Positions 51,370 through 64,000 of a stretch of DNA of 64,000 nt are shown piece by piece. The number at the start of each line of letters is the position of its first letter. The first letter of the stretch is position 1. The notes beneath the pieces were generated by a model, which worked only from the letters and a program-made list of their open reading frames with translations, did not search any database and was not told the DNA's origin. A program made the position numbers and the translations under genes. The stretch is from the NCBI RefSeq assembly GCF_009914755.1, contig NC_060926.1; one strand, 5' to 3'. The DNA comes from the human T2T-CHM13v2.0 reference genome, Homo sapiens.

Positions 51370-52167
51370 TTATTATTTTTTAAAAAGGTTTAGATTCAGG
51401 GGGTAAATGTGCAGGTTTGTTATATAGATATATTGAGTGACAGTGAGGTTTAGGCTTCTAGTGTGCCTATCAATGACATATTAAAAATTGCACCTAACTG
51501 TTGATTTTTTAATCCTCATCCCCTTCCCTCATCCCCGTTTTAGTCCCCAGTAGGTATCATTTCCATCTTTATGTCCATGTGTACACATTGTCTAGCTTCC
51601 ACTTTTAACTGAGAAGGTGGGGTGTTTAAATTTTTGTTTTTGAGTTATTTCATTTAGCTTAATGGCTCCAACTCTACCCACATTGCTGCAAAATATATAA
51701 GTTTATTCCTCTTTAGCACTGCTTTGTATTCCATTGTGTATATATACAACATTTTCTTTATCCAATTTTCCATTGATGAAAACTTAAGTTAATTTCATGA
51801 CTTTGCTAATGTAAACAGTGCTGAGATACACATACCAGTGCAGGCAGATATTTTTTGATATGATGATTTCTGTTTCTTGGGTAAATACATTGTGTTGGGA
51901 TTGCTGGGTTAAATGGTAGTTCAATTTTTAGTTCTCGAGAAATCTCCATAATGTTTTCCAAAGAAGTTGTACTAATTTACATTCTTACCAATGTTCCCTT
52001 TCCTCCACATACTCCCTCACCAATATCTGTCATTTTTTGACTTCTTAAACAATAGCCATTCTAACCGGTGTAAGATAATATCTCATTGTGGTTTTAATTT
52101 GCATTTCTCTGATAATTAGTGACTTAGGCAGATTTTTATGTTTGTTGGCTGTTTGTGTGTCTTTTTT
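51370..52167 (-). mobile_element. L1PA16/17-like 3' end; resumes at 55825-55856
   Basis: TAGATTCAGGGGGTAAATGTGCAGGTTTGTTATATAG..; breaks at GTGTGTCTTTTTT and resumes TATGTCTTCTTTTGAGAAATGTCTGTTCATG. Confidence 0.88.
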
Positions 52168-55100
52168 AAGCTTTGTTTTATATATGTATATATATATATT
52201 TGGCTTTGTAATACATTTTTATTTATATTTATTAATTTTATTATACTTTAAGTTCAGGGATACATGTACAGAACGTGCAGGATTGTCACATAAGTATACA
52301 TGTGCCATGGTGGTTTGCTGCGCCCATCAGCCCATCATCTACATTAGGTATTTCTCCTAATGCTATTCCTCCCCTTGTCCCCCACCCACCGACAGGCCCC
52401 AGTGTGTGATGTTCCCCTCCCTGTGCCCATATGTTCTCATTTTTCAACTCCTGCTTATGAGTGAGAACATGGGGTGTTTGGTTTTCTGTTTCTGTATTAG
52501 TTTGCTGAGAATGATGGTTTTCAGCTTCATCCATGTCCCTGCAAAGGACATGAACTCATTCTTTTTTATGGCTGCCTGGTATTCCATGGTGTGTATGTGA
52601 CACATTTACTTTATCCAGTCTAACATTGATGGGCATTTGGGTCAGGTCCAAGCCTTTGCTATTGTAAATAGTGTTGCAGTAAACATACGTGTGCATGTGT
52701 CTTTACAGTAGAATGATTTATAATCCTTTAGGTATATGCCCAGTAATGGGATTGCTGGGTCAAATGGTATTTCTGGTTCTAGATCCATGAGGAATCGCCA
52801 CACTGTCTTCCACAATGGTTGAACTAATTTACACTCCCACCAACACTGTAAAAGCATTCCTATTTCTTCACATCCTCTCCAACATCTGTTGTTTCCTGAC
52901 TTTTTAATGATAGCCATTCTAACTGGCATGAGATGGTGTCACATTGTGGTTTTGATTTGCATTTCTCTAATGAGCAGTGATAATGAGCTTTTTTTCATAT
53001 GTTTGTTGGCCATATAAATGTCTCCTTTTGAGAAGTGTCTGTTCATGTCCTTCGCCCACTTTTTGATGGGGTTGTTTTTTTTTCTTGTAAATTTGTTTAA
53101 GTTCTTTGTAGATTCTGGATGTTAGCCCTTTGTCAGATGGATATATTGCAAAAATTTTCTTCCATTCTGTAGGTTGCATGTTCACTCTGATGATAGTTTC
53201 TTCTGCTGTGCAGGAGCTCTTTAGTTTAATTAGATTCCGTTTGTCAATTTTAGCTTTTGTTGCAATTGCTTTTGGTGTTTTAGTCATGAAGACTTTGCCC
53301 ATGCCTATGTCCTGAAAGGTATTGCCTAGGTTTTCTTCTAAGGTTTTTATGGTTTCAGGTCTTATGCTGAAGTATTTAATCCATCTTGAATTAATTTTTG
53401 TATAAGGTGTAAGGAAGGGATCCAGTTTCAGTTTTCTGCATAGGGCTAGCCAGTTTTCACACCACCATTTATTAAATACGGAATCCTTTCCCCATTGCTT
53501 GTTTTTGTCAGGTTTGTAAAAGATCAGATGGTTGTAGATGTGTAGTGTTATTTCTGAGGGCTCTGTTCTGTTCCATTGGTCTATACATCTGTTTTGGTAC
53601 CAGTACCATGCTGTTTTGGTTACTGTAGCCTTGTAGTACAGTTTGAAGTCAGGTAGCACGATACCTCCAGCTTTGTTCTTTTTGCTTAGGAATGTCTTGG
53701 CTGTATGGGCTCTTTTTTGGTTCTATATTAAATTTAAAGTATTTTTTTTAATTCTGTGAAGAAAGTCAATTGTAGCTTTATGGGAATAGCATTGAATCTA
53801 TAAATTACTTTGGGCAATATGGTCATTTTTATGATATTGATTCTTTCTATCCATGAGCATGGAATGTTTTTCCATTTGTTTGTGTGCTCTCTGATTTCCT
53901 TGAGCAGTGGTTTGTAGTTCTACTTGAAGAGGTCCTTCACATTCCTTGTAAATTGTATTCCTAGGTATTTTATTATCTTCGTAGCAATTGTGAATGGGAG
54001 TTTGCTCATGATTTGGCCCTCTGTTTGTCTATTATTGGAGTATAGGAATGCTTGTGATTTTTGCACATTGATTTTACTCCCACACAATAACACTGGGAGA
54101 CTTTAACAACCCACTGTCAATATTAGACAGATCAATGAGACAGAAAATTAACAAGTATATTCAGGACTTGAACTCAGCTCTGGACCAAGCAGACCTAATA
54201 GAAATATACAGAACTCTCCACCCCAAATCAATAGAATATACATTCTACTCAGTACCACGTAGCACTTATTCTAAAATTGACCACGTCATTGGAAGTAAAA
54301 CACTCCTCAGCAAATTCAAAAGAAGGGAAATCATAACAAACAGCTTCTCAGACCACAGTGCAATCAAATTAGAACTCAGGATTAAGACACTTGCTCAAAA
54401 ACTGCACAACTACATGGAAACTGAACAACCTGCTCATTCATGACTACTGGGTAAATAGCAAAATTAAGGCAGAAATAAATAAGTTCTTTGAAACCAGTGA
54501 GAACAAAGACACAATGTACCAGAATCTCTGGGACACATCTAAAGCAGGATTAAGAGGGAAACTCTTAGCACTAAATGCCCACAGGAGAAAGCAGGAAAGA
54601 TCTAAAATTGACACCCTAACATCACAGTTAAAACAAGTAGAGCAGCAACAGCAAACAAATTCAAAAACTAGCAGAAGACAAGAAATAACTAAGATCAGAG
54701 CAGAACTGAAGGAAATAGAGACAATCAAAAATCAATGAATCCAGGAGCTGTTTTTTTTGAAAAGAATAACAAAATAGATAGACTTGTAGCAAGACTAATA
54801 AAGAAGAAAAGAGAGAATAAAAAATGTTAAAGGTGAAATAACCACTGATCCCATAGAAATACAAACTACTATCAGAGAATACTATAAACACATCTACACA
54901 AATGAACTAGAAAATATAGAAAAAATGGATAAATTTCTGGACACATACACCCTCCCAAGACTAAACCAGGAAGAAGTCGAATCCCTGAATAGACCACTAA
55001 CAAGCTCTGAATTTGAGGCAATAATTAACAGCCTACCAACCAAAAAGCCCAGGACCAGATGGATTCACAGCTGAATTCTACCAGAGGTACAAAGAGGAGC

Positions 55101-55824
55101 TGGTACCATTCCTTCTGAAACTATTCCAAACAATAGAAAAAGAGGGACTCCTCTCTAACTCATTTTATGAGGCCAGCTTCATCCTGGTACCAGAATCTGG
55201 CAGAGACACAACAAAAAAAGAAAATTTCAGGCCAATAGCCCTGATGAATATCCATGCAAAAATCCTCAATAAAATACTGGCAAATGAATTCAGCAGCACA
55301 TTAAAAAGCTTATCCACCACAATCAAGTTGGCTTCATCCCTGGGATGCAAGGCTGGCTCAACATATGCAAATCAATAAATGTCATCCATCATATAAATAA
55401 AACTAATGACAAAAAACACATGATTATCTTAATAGATGCAGAAAAGGCCTTCGATGAAATTCAACACCCCTTCATGCTAAAAACACTCAATAAGCAAGGT
55501 ATTGATGAAACATACCTCAAAATAATAAGAATTATTTATGACAAACCCACGGCCAATATCATACTGAATGGGCAAAAGCTGGAAACATTCCTTTTGAAAA
55601 CCAGCACAAGACAAGGATGCCCTCTCTCATCACTCCTATTCAACATAGTATTGAAGTTCTGGCCAGCGCCATCAGGCAAGAGAGAGAAATAAATGGTATT
55701 CAAATAGGAAGAGAGAAAATCAAATTGTTTCTGTTAGCAGATGACATGATTGTATATTTAGAAAACCCCATTGTCTCAGCCCCTAAACCCTATAAGCTGA
55801 TAAGCAACTTCAGCAAAGTCTCAG
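52168..55824 (-). mobile_element. L1PA7/8-like insertion of about 3.65 kb with a twin-priming 5' inversion (52168-54075 on -, 54076-55824 inverted); ORF2 disrupted
   Basis: 3' end TTATTATACTTTAAGTTCAGGGATACATG. ORF2 remnants lie on both strands: [14 protein letters not shown] (-); EN-domain end [17 protein letters not shown] and RT pieces [28 protein letters not shown] (+), with frameshifts. Confidence 0.96.
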
Positions 55825-56228
55825 TATGTCTTCTTTTGAGAAATGTCTGTTCATGAGTTAACTTCTCTCTGTCAGGTATAAAGGATAAAAATTATTAATA
55901 TTTAAATATGCTTTTTCTACAATATATAGTTATATTTGTTCCCCAAAATTGTACATAAATCTTTCTTATCAAGCCCTTTGATCCAATTTATTTTTATTAT
56001 TTATATATGTTTGCGAGTGTAAATATTTTCAGAATGACATTAAATTTCATTCTTAAGTATTATGTAAGTAAATGTTCTACTTACTAATTACATTTTAAAT
56101 CGCTCATATTAAATTTTAGGATTATGAAGTCATTTGTCAATATTTGTGTCAGAAAGTTTTGGAATCAATCACATAAAGCAAGAAGCTTAGATATAAAACC
56201 ATCTGAAATATGCTAAAATAATTACATA

Positions 56229-56817
56229 CAATCATATACCACATAATGACATTTTGGCCAGTGAGGGACCACATATCTGACAGTGGTTATATAAAATTAT
56301 AATGGAACTAAAAAATTCATTTTTGCCTGTAGACTTTGTAGCCATCATAACCATATCGCAATTACTTTTTTTTCCTAAATGTAGGACAGTTTAAGTTTTT
56401 AGTGTTTATAAAGTGTATAGTAGTATATAATAATGTCCTAGGACTTCATATTCACTCAACACTCACTCACTGACTGATCCAGAGCCGCTTCCATTCCTGC
56501 AAGCTTCATTCACAGTAAATGCCCTATAGGTGTAAAATATTTTACATTTTATACCATATTTGCTCTTTCTCTGTTTAAATATGTTTAGATACACCAATAT
56601 ATACTATTGTGTTATAATTGTCTGTAGTATTCAGTACAGTAACATGCTGTACAGATTTGTAGACTAGGAGCAATAGGCTAGACCATATAGCCGAGGTGTG
56701 TAGTAGGCTATACCACCTAGATTGTGTAAGTACACTCTACAATGTTTGCATAATAACAAAATCGCTTAACAATGGATTTCTCAGAATGTGTCCCCATTGT
56801 TAAGTGACATATGAGTG
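56229..56817 (-). mobile_element. Tigger3 (Golem/MER7, Tigger3c-sized) non-autonomous DNA transposon
   Basis: CAGTACAGTAACATGCTGTACAG..CTAGGAGCAATAGGCTA..GTGTAGTAGGCTATACCA; degenerate TIRs (CAATCATATACCACATAATGAC / TTGTTAAGTGACATATGAGTG); TA on both flanks. Confidence 0.92.
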
Positions 56818-57034
56818 TATGTGCACAGAAGTCTCAAAGTAATGGGTATGGTGTAAATTGGTTAAATGAGTAATGTATATTATCATTGCCATTAGCTATA
56901 CCTGTATTACTGGAATAGGCCATTATATGGTAATCATATTACCTTTTAAAAACACAAATTATTTTCTTTGTAATTAAATTTGAGAGACAGAATGGACACA
57001 TTCATAGCGAGTAAGATAAAGTTCTCTCAATCCT

Positions 57035-57260
57035 CAATAACTGATAGCATTTTTTAGTGTTTTCCATGTTCCAGGTATTGTTTTCAGAGCTTTATGCAGG
57101 TTTATTAATTAATTCTTATAACAACACTAGGGGTTAGATAATATAATTGCTTCATCTATTTCGCAGGTGGTGCAATATAGGCATAAACAGCTTAAATAGC
57201 CTGTCTGAAACCCAGCAGTAGCAAATTCAAAAGACAAAATTTTAACCTTGGCTTTCCCAT
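57035..57260 (-). mobile_element. MIR
   Basis: CCATGTTCCAGGTATTGTTTTCAGAGCTTTA..TTAATTCTTATAACAACACT.. Confidence 0.65.
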
Positions 57261-57539
57261 GAAACAGACAATCTACTTTCATGTTGCCTTCATTAAGGAG
57301 TTTAAAGATACATGTGACTATGGAGTAGGGAGTGACCAGGTAGATATCAGTGATAATAAAGGAAATAAAAAGAGGGGAATCATCATTGTTGAAGCCACAA
57401 ATTAAGTCATAAATTACATTCAACTGAGAGCAAACAGGGAACTCTAAACTAAGGAAATTCAATAAACGTGAATGTTATATCTCTAATAAGCAAATTAACC
57501 TGTGATTTTATCTTTTCATAACTTATGTTCTATCTTGGT

Positions 57540-57660
57540 CTAGTTTGTGTAATTAAAATACTAGTGATTTTTGCAGTTAGTTTAATGTGAAGATAAAATG
57601 TATAAATCCTGTTATGGGTGTGTGGCACGTAGTAAGCACTGAATAAATAATTATTTGATT
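57540..57660 (+). mobile_element. MIR/L2 3' tail
   Basis: TGGCACGTAGTAAGCACTGAATAAATA. Confidence 0.65.
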
Positions 57661-58064
57661 TCCTAGGTTATCTTAACAGTCTGCAACAATATACTGAGAG
57701 AAGCACTAACGAAACTGCATTTCTCTGTCATGCTGTGCCAGCTGTAGTATGTGGGAAACCTTGTCTCTCCCAAGTACCTTCTGTCTCTGGCAGCTCCATG
57801 TAAACTTCAGGAATGGTCAGTGCTGAGCTTTTAGTTGCTGTATCCACCATCTCCACAGACCAAGACCCAGTGACTTGCATTTCTTGCCTCCATGTCCATG
57901 GCTTATTTTCTCCCTACTCAGTTATGTTATCCTACTTCATTCACCAATGTTGTAGACACTGTTCTGAATACTTTTGTTCTGAGCTGTGAGCTTAATCATT
58001 CCCATAGGGGTTCTCTTTTCTAAAAATGGTCATAATTGTCACAATAGTATCACCTGTGGATTGA

Positions 58065-58500
58065 CTGAGGTATTATTAGAAACAACAAAAACTTTACCTG
58101 GCTTACTTACATAAAGCATGGGAGTAAACAAACTAAATTTATTAGAAGTGCATTGGAAATATTACAGAATCAAAAGAAACCTAGAGAAGCAGCATTTGTA
58201 GAACATCAGCAGAAAATACAATGGTGATAGCACCACAGAAATAGTCTGTTGGTATGCCCTGCTGCCACGACTGCATACTCATCATGCTCTTGCTGGACAA
58301 TACACTTTACCCCTGCTCTAAATTACATCTGGCTTTCCTGGTTTTTTTGAGTCACTCCTTCCATGCTCTTAAGGTGAAAAGTCCTAACCTGCCAAGATTA
58401 TCAATAATGTCTAAGCCTTGACTTTTAGGATAAAAGATGAAATGCTATAGTTTACTTTAGTACCAAAATTTGAGAAGGATTCTACATCTAACAAAGACTT
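58065..58500. mobile_element. Possible ancient MLT1-type LTR remnant
   Basis: AACAACAAAAACT..CTGGCTTACTTA..AATTTATTAGAAG..ACAGAATCAAAAGAAA..AGAAGCAG resembles old MLT1 LTRs; weak. Confidence 0.35.
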
Positions 58501-58974
58501 ATTCATGAAGTTTAATTGCTGCATTACTAAAATACCACAAATATGCTCTATACCTTCTCATTAAGCATAAATGCATACTGCATCAGAGGCCAGATTATAA
58601 CATCTCCATTTACTCTGACAGGACCGTGTATTTTTCTTTCTGTTAGAGTTTGAGACATATATTCATGCCTCAACAACTACACCACTATAAAGGCAAACTA
58701 GCAGGTATTATTAGAGCCACCCCATTCAGACTAAAGAAAAATACCAAAATGTCTAAGAACAAGTTCTTATCTACAGGGCTGAACGTGTCTTTAGAGGCAT
58801 ATTAAGTGGTAGCAAACATAATGCAGAAAATCATGAGCACTACCTTATAACTAACTGTATCTGCTCTAATGTACTCAAGATACTTATTTTTAAAAGACTA
58901 ATTTTCTTTTATTTTTTAACTCCTTTCTCTATAAGTTTTCTAATAGGTTATTCTACCTAAAATATTTATGCTAA

Positions 58975-59120
58975 TATGATAGTATTTATTGAATAGTCAG
59001 TATATGCCAGATATTGTTCTAAATCTTTCATTGGTATTAAACTTAATACCAAAAATAATCATCAATTCTTATTATCTCCATTTTACAGATTAGGGAACTG
59101 AGCTAAAGAGAACTTAATTT
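58975..59120 (-). mobile_element. MIR
   Basis: TATTTATTGAATAG..TATATGCCAGATATTGTTCTAAA..TTATCTCCATTTTACAGATTAGGGAACTGAG. Confidence 0.8.
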
Positions 59121-60489
59121 ACACATGCATGGACATGTGTGTATAGATATATAGAGAGAGAGGAACAGAGACACAAAAAGAGATTAAGAGAAACTCAAAC
59201 ACATCTGTGTTTGTGATACAGTAAGGTTATAAAAGATTCTTGAGCTAAAATGACAGTTTGATATTGTCAAAGCCAAATTTGCTTTATAAAATACCAAATC
59301 ATCTCTCTTAAGAAACCACTGTGAAAAGGTAGACAGGAAATATCTGCATGTGACAGCACATCAATGTTCAATTGTCTCAACCATAAAAAATTTAATAAAC
59401 ACAACCAAAAAATGGCAGTCTGACACTTTTTGAGTTTTACAACACAGAAGTAATTTTGTACAGAATGAATTAGATTCAGGGAAACTGTTGTTGTAGGAAA
59501 TCATTGATCAATGGATTTTATACTAAGATGATTGGTTTCTCTGGCTTTTCTCAGGATGATTCATCGGTTGGCTGCCCACATTAGGTATTTTGGAGCACAG
59601 TGTTCTCTCGTTGGAAATCATTCTTTTTGTGAAAGCAGAAATGACAGACACTTAGCAAACAGTTTAAAATTTGCCTCTGTGCTTGCCACTGAAGTTGTGC
59701 TTGGTAGCAAGTTAAAAAAAAATGGATGCAGCTGTCTCACTGGGGTATTTGTCATTTCCTTGGAGTACATATTCCATGTATCTAGAGATCTCTCAGTAGA
59801 ATGGCTGGATGATATACAGTTTACATATTGATAAGAAACTTATTTAATTTTTAATGTCTGTCATTCAAATACTAAAATACAAGTTTGCTTAATTCAGTTT
59901 GTCTTAGTTTTTCAAAGAACAGGGAATATCTTGCTAAATAGTGTTTTGAAATATAAAAAACAGAAGCAAATAGACAGCCAATACAAATTTAAAATATTAT
60001 GATATATATTAAAAATTTTATTTGGTAGAAATATGTTAAAATAAAATATTCAATAAAAATAAAAATATTTCAATAAAAATATTTGATGATGTCTGATTTA
60101 CACTAGAGATAACGGTTATCATATGTTTCTATAAAAGAAATTGTAAACTTATTTGTAAAGAAAATATTTGTAAATTATTGTATTTTAGTTGAACTGTTAA
60201 CTAATATATTTAAATAATTTATTGTAAACCACCAAATGGTATAATTTTTATTACATATCTAGAAAGATATGACTAAATGATAGTAAGTTTTACTCTAAGA
60301 GCTGTCCATGCCAATTATGTAATTTAGCTTTTATGTTGAATCTAAGCTCTAGCATTTTTAAGAAGCTACAAACCAAAAAATTACATGTATAATACTTACA
60401 GGAATCATTTATTACTTTCCAGATATTAAAATATTTTTAAAACAGTAGACAGATTTCAAATACATCATTGAGGCATTTGTTGTCATCAT

Positions 60490-60590
60490 AAACTCTGAAA
60501 AACTTTGTAATTTTGAGTTGGTCTGGTGATAATTTCCAGGCCTTCTCCCAGTAACTGTTTACGGAAATAAAAACTTTCTTCATCTCCCTG
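60490..60590 (+). mobile_element. Short ERV1 LTR fragment (MER34/MER39-like)
   Basis: TTTGAGTTGGTCTGGTG..TCCAGGCCTTCTCCC..AACTG..GAAATAAAAACT, recalled as LTR U3/R text with a polyA signal. Confidence 0.45.
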
Positions 60591-61639
60591 TATTTTGTTT
60601 TTGTTTTTGTTTTTAAATTTCTTTATTTGAATTTCTGCATTTTTATTAAAACGTGTTATTTATAATGGAAAAAATTAAATGATTTAAAAATTTCTGTAAT
60701 GTAATATTATAGCAATTACTATTAGGAATAACTACAAATCAGATATGATACTCCGAAGAGATTGCAAAAAAAATAAAAAAATTAAAAAATAGGTTTGATG
60801 ATAATAATATTAGCTATTATGTATGCTGAGAAGTTACTATGTATACTAATTCAATATTTTATGCTATTAACTGAATGGTGATACCCATTAATGCATTAGA
60901 GTTCCAAAAACCTTATTTACTCCAGATACAAATAACAAATAAATGCCGGTTATTCAGATAACTATGATTTGTACTTTTCTAGAGATTATTATTACTGTAC
61001 TTTAAGTAAAAATGAAAATTCTTAAATAAAAGTTGGTCTGAAATTATACAACATTGTAATAGAAGGAATCAAACATACAGAAATATCCTGAGTAGCTTAA
61101 TTCTAGCTTTAATAATACCATACAACTTCCTTGTTAATAAATTATAAAGATAGCACTTAAAAATACCTATATATCTATCATAATTTTGAACATATATGGA
61201 AATAGTTCAAGAAAAATACTAACCTATGGACTCTACTGGAATAAAAACAATAATACAGTGTGATAAGTAGAGAGATTCTAGTATTGAAAGTTGAAAGTTG
61301 TCCAGTTATAGAAAACAAGTTAATATAATTCATCTCAACAATTAAATGCAAAATATACCTTTGAAAAGCAATCCTCAAAAAGTATTCCATGTTAAATCTT
61401 AATAAATTTTTTTCAAAAATCTAAATGTATTAGTCAGTGTATAAATTTTACTAAACAATTAATCCCCAAATGTCATTTACCTAAGACCAAAATGAATTAC
61501 TCCACATTTAACATTCTCATTGAGGTTAGTAATGGAGGTAGGGTAGGACCAAGTCAGATTTCGACTTCACAAGATCAATTTCTGCATTCCTGGTGAAAAA
61601 AAAGTTTATTATCACAACATATTTCAAGAAAAATGTTAA

Positions 61640-62960
61640 GAAATTGAGAGGAAATAAAGAATAATAAGTATTTTAATAAAATTATCATCATTTGTGCATA
61701 ATACAATTATTTCAAAATCTCCAGAAAAACAGAAACTAGTAAAATTAACTTTAAAAAATTTATCAATTAAAACTGCTTACTTATTTAAATGGCAATACTT
61801 CTGAAAAGGCGATCTCCAAAAGATCCATATGAAAAAAGACATAAAGTAAAAAAAAATCTGCTCTATAGATGTACTGATTTATTATATTATATAATTTGAG
61901 TACAACATAATACTTTGATATACATATACATAGTGAAATAATTATTCCTGTTAAGCAAATTAACATATACCTCTCCTCACACATTTTCTCCATAATAAAA
62001 GCACTTGAAATTTGCTCTCTTAACAAATTCCCAGTGTATAAGATAGTATTTTATTAACTATAGCCCTCATGCTATACATTAGATCTCCAGACTTCTTCAT
62101 TCTACATAACTGCAACTTTGTATTACAACTTTAACCCTACATCATTTATGGCCTGGTAACCACTCTCCTACTCTCTACTTCTTTGTATTAGACCTTTGTA
62201 GATTCCACATATAAGTGAGATTGTGAAGTATTTTTCTGTGTCTGGCTTATGTCACTTAGCAAATTGGTAGAGCCATTATAGAAAATAGTACAGCGGTTCC
62301 TCAAAAAATTAAAAGTAATCCTTTTTCTGGGCATATATCCAAAGAAAACAAAATAATTATTGTACTTTCAAGAGGCAATTTATGCACTCATGTTTATTGC
62401 AGCATTATTCAAAATTGCCAAGACATAAAAATAACTTGTTTTCATCCATCAATGAATGGATAAAGGAACTGTGGTGTGTGTATGTGTATGTGTGTGTATT
62501 TAAAAATTGTATATTATCCAGCCTTAGAGAAAAGGAAATTCTGCCATTTGCAACAAAATGGATGAAACTAGAAGACACTGTTGACTTTAGATTTGATGGA
62601 AAAAACATTGACTAAATGAGCAAAATGAGCAATGTGCCTTGTTCTTGAATAGCAAATCTTAATAGTTCCATAAGTTCAACAATATTTTATAAATTCTATA
62701 CAGGCTTAAACACAACACAAGAACAATAAAAAATTTTAGGTGGAGTGATAAGAATTTGACAATATTGGTTCAAAGATTATCTAGAAAAAAATAACAGGTA
62801 ACTGTGAAACTGAATAATCCTGATGCAGCATTTACCCTGAAAATATAAAATTAGCAGAAGAAAATATAATTATACCAAAATATTGGTCTCATCTTATGGG
62901 ATAAATGTCATCAAAATGTTACAAAAGGCAGAAACTATAAACAAAGAAGGGGATAGTATT
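61640..62960 (+). mobile_element. Ancient L1 ORF2 remnant (host), interrupted at about 61876-62581
   Basis: AAATTATCATCATTTG (KLSLF-like) upstream; GTGCCTTGTTCTTGAATAG..CTTAATA (PCSWIG-like) downstream. Confidence 0.45.
61876..62581 (-). mobile_element. L1MA8/9-like 3' end with 5' inversion (61876-62261 on -, 62262-62581 inverted)
   Basis: ATATACATAGTGAAATAATT..AAGCAAATTAACATAT; TAGATTCCACATATAAGTGAGAT..CACTTAGCA; then sense AATTGGTAGAGCCATTATAGAAAA..GGAAATTCTGCCATTTGCAACAAAATGGATG. Confidence 0.88.
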
Positions 62961-64000
62961 GACTTTTTTTTTTGTTTCGCTATTTTGCTAATATATTTAA
63001 AAACACTTGGTATTTTATTGACAACATGTTTGTATCTGTATTTTTGTGTGTATATATATTATATACATTTATGTATATGTGTATAGTCACAGTATCTGTA
63101 TTTTATACACGTTTTACAAGTCAATAAGAATATATGAAAACTTGGTTTAAATTAGGCAAGAAACAAAAATGCCTATTTGCTGTTCATGTATCTTTCATAG
63201 TAGGTAATAAATTTCCTTTTTGAAGTATCTTAATGTCATCTAGATCTGCGATCTCTCTATTCTTACAGAAAAAATAGTTTACAATACCTGAGAATTGCAT
63301 TTTAAAGAAAAAAATCAAATCATATTGATTTGTAAGCTATAATTTTCTAATTAACACAATTTTGGAGATTTTGGAGCCTAAAAATTTTTGCCATTCAATA
63401 TTTTAAAGAGTATTCCAAAGATACCCTCTATGTGTCAACTCATTTTTCAAAAACTTTAATGTTGGCTGCAATTCCAGCAGAGTTATTTTGAGTTGCTCAA
63501 GCTCAGCATTTTCATACCCTCTGTCTTTCAGACAACATACGTAATTTGTGTTTTAAATACCACAGGAGAAAAAATTATGAAAACTAGAACGAACTAATAT
63601 ATACAGAAATGCATTGTTAATTTTATCTACAAACAGGCCACTCCATCTGTTCAAACATAATGCTCCAAACCAAGGAATATGTTCCAAACCAAAGAGCATG
63701 ATATTTGACAGATGGAGAGGTCTGTAAGCCTGTCTGGAGCATGGAATACTATAGAGTTTGTCAGAGGGTCCAATTTTCCACACTAAATGAAATCTAATAG
63801 AAATTTCTCCCTAATAAACATCAAAATCAACACCAATTTTACCAATTGCTATGCACCATAGACCAAATCATTTTATCTATTTTCTTCCCCATACAAAAGA
63901 AACTTGTGTCTACTTTCTGAGTTGATTTTCTACTTTCATGGCTGTTTTCCTACATAAATAATTACAAATGTCAAAAATATTTCATATATAACAAAAGGCA

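Noticed and set aside
52642-55856. Endonuclease/reverse-transcriptase ORFs as a novel RT system
   Set aside because: They are ordinary frameshifted L1 ORF2 fragments; the two-strand layout is explained by the 5' inversion.

Overview
AT-rich, CpG-poor primate (human-like) genomic DNA, either intergenic or deep intronic, dominated by interspersed repeats: Alu S/Y/J, L1 of many ages, THE1/MLT1 MaLR LTRs, two MER52 LTRs, a Tigger3 DNA transposon, MIR fragments and microsatellites. I find no supportable protein-coding gene, RNA gene, CpG island or CRISPR array. The longer ORFs are decayed L1 ORF2 pieces or chance frames in GC-rich LTRs and Alus. I cannot support a previously undescribed biological system. 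The best second-look items are an 87-bp near-perfect hairpin at a repeat junction (18247-18333), several other fold-back or palindromic scars, three L1 insertions with twin-priming 5' inversions, a tail-less Alu, a nested L1/L1/MER52 stack, a DUX4-type motif in a THE1C LTR, and speculative enhancer and micro-exon candidates in unique sequence. Subfamily names come from recalled consensus sequences and need RepeatMasker/Dfam confirmation. Boundaries of old elements are approximate.
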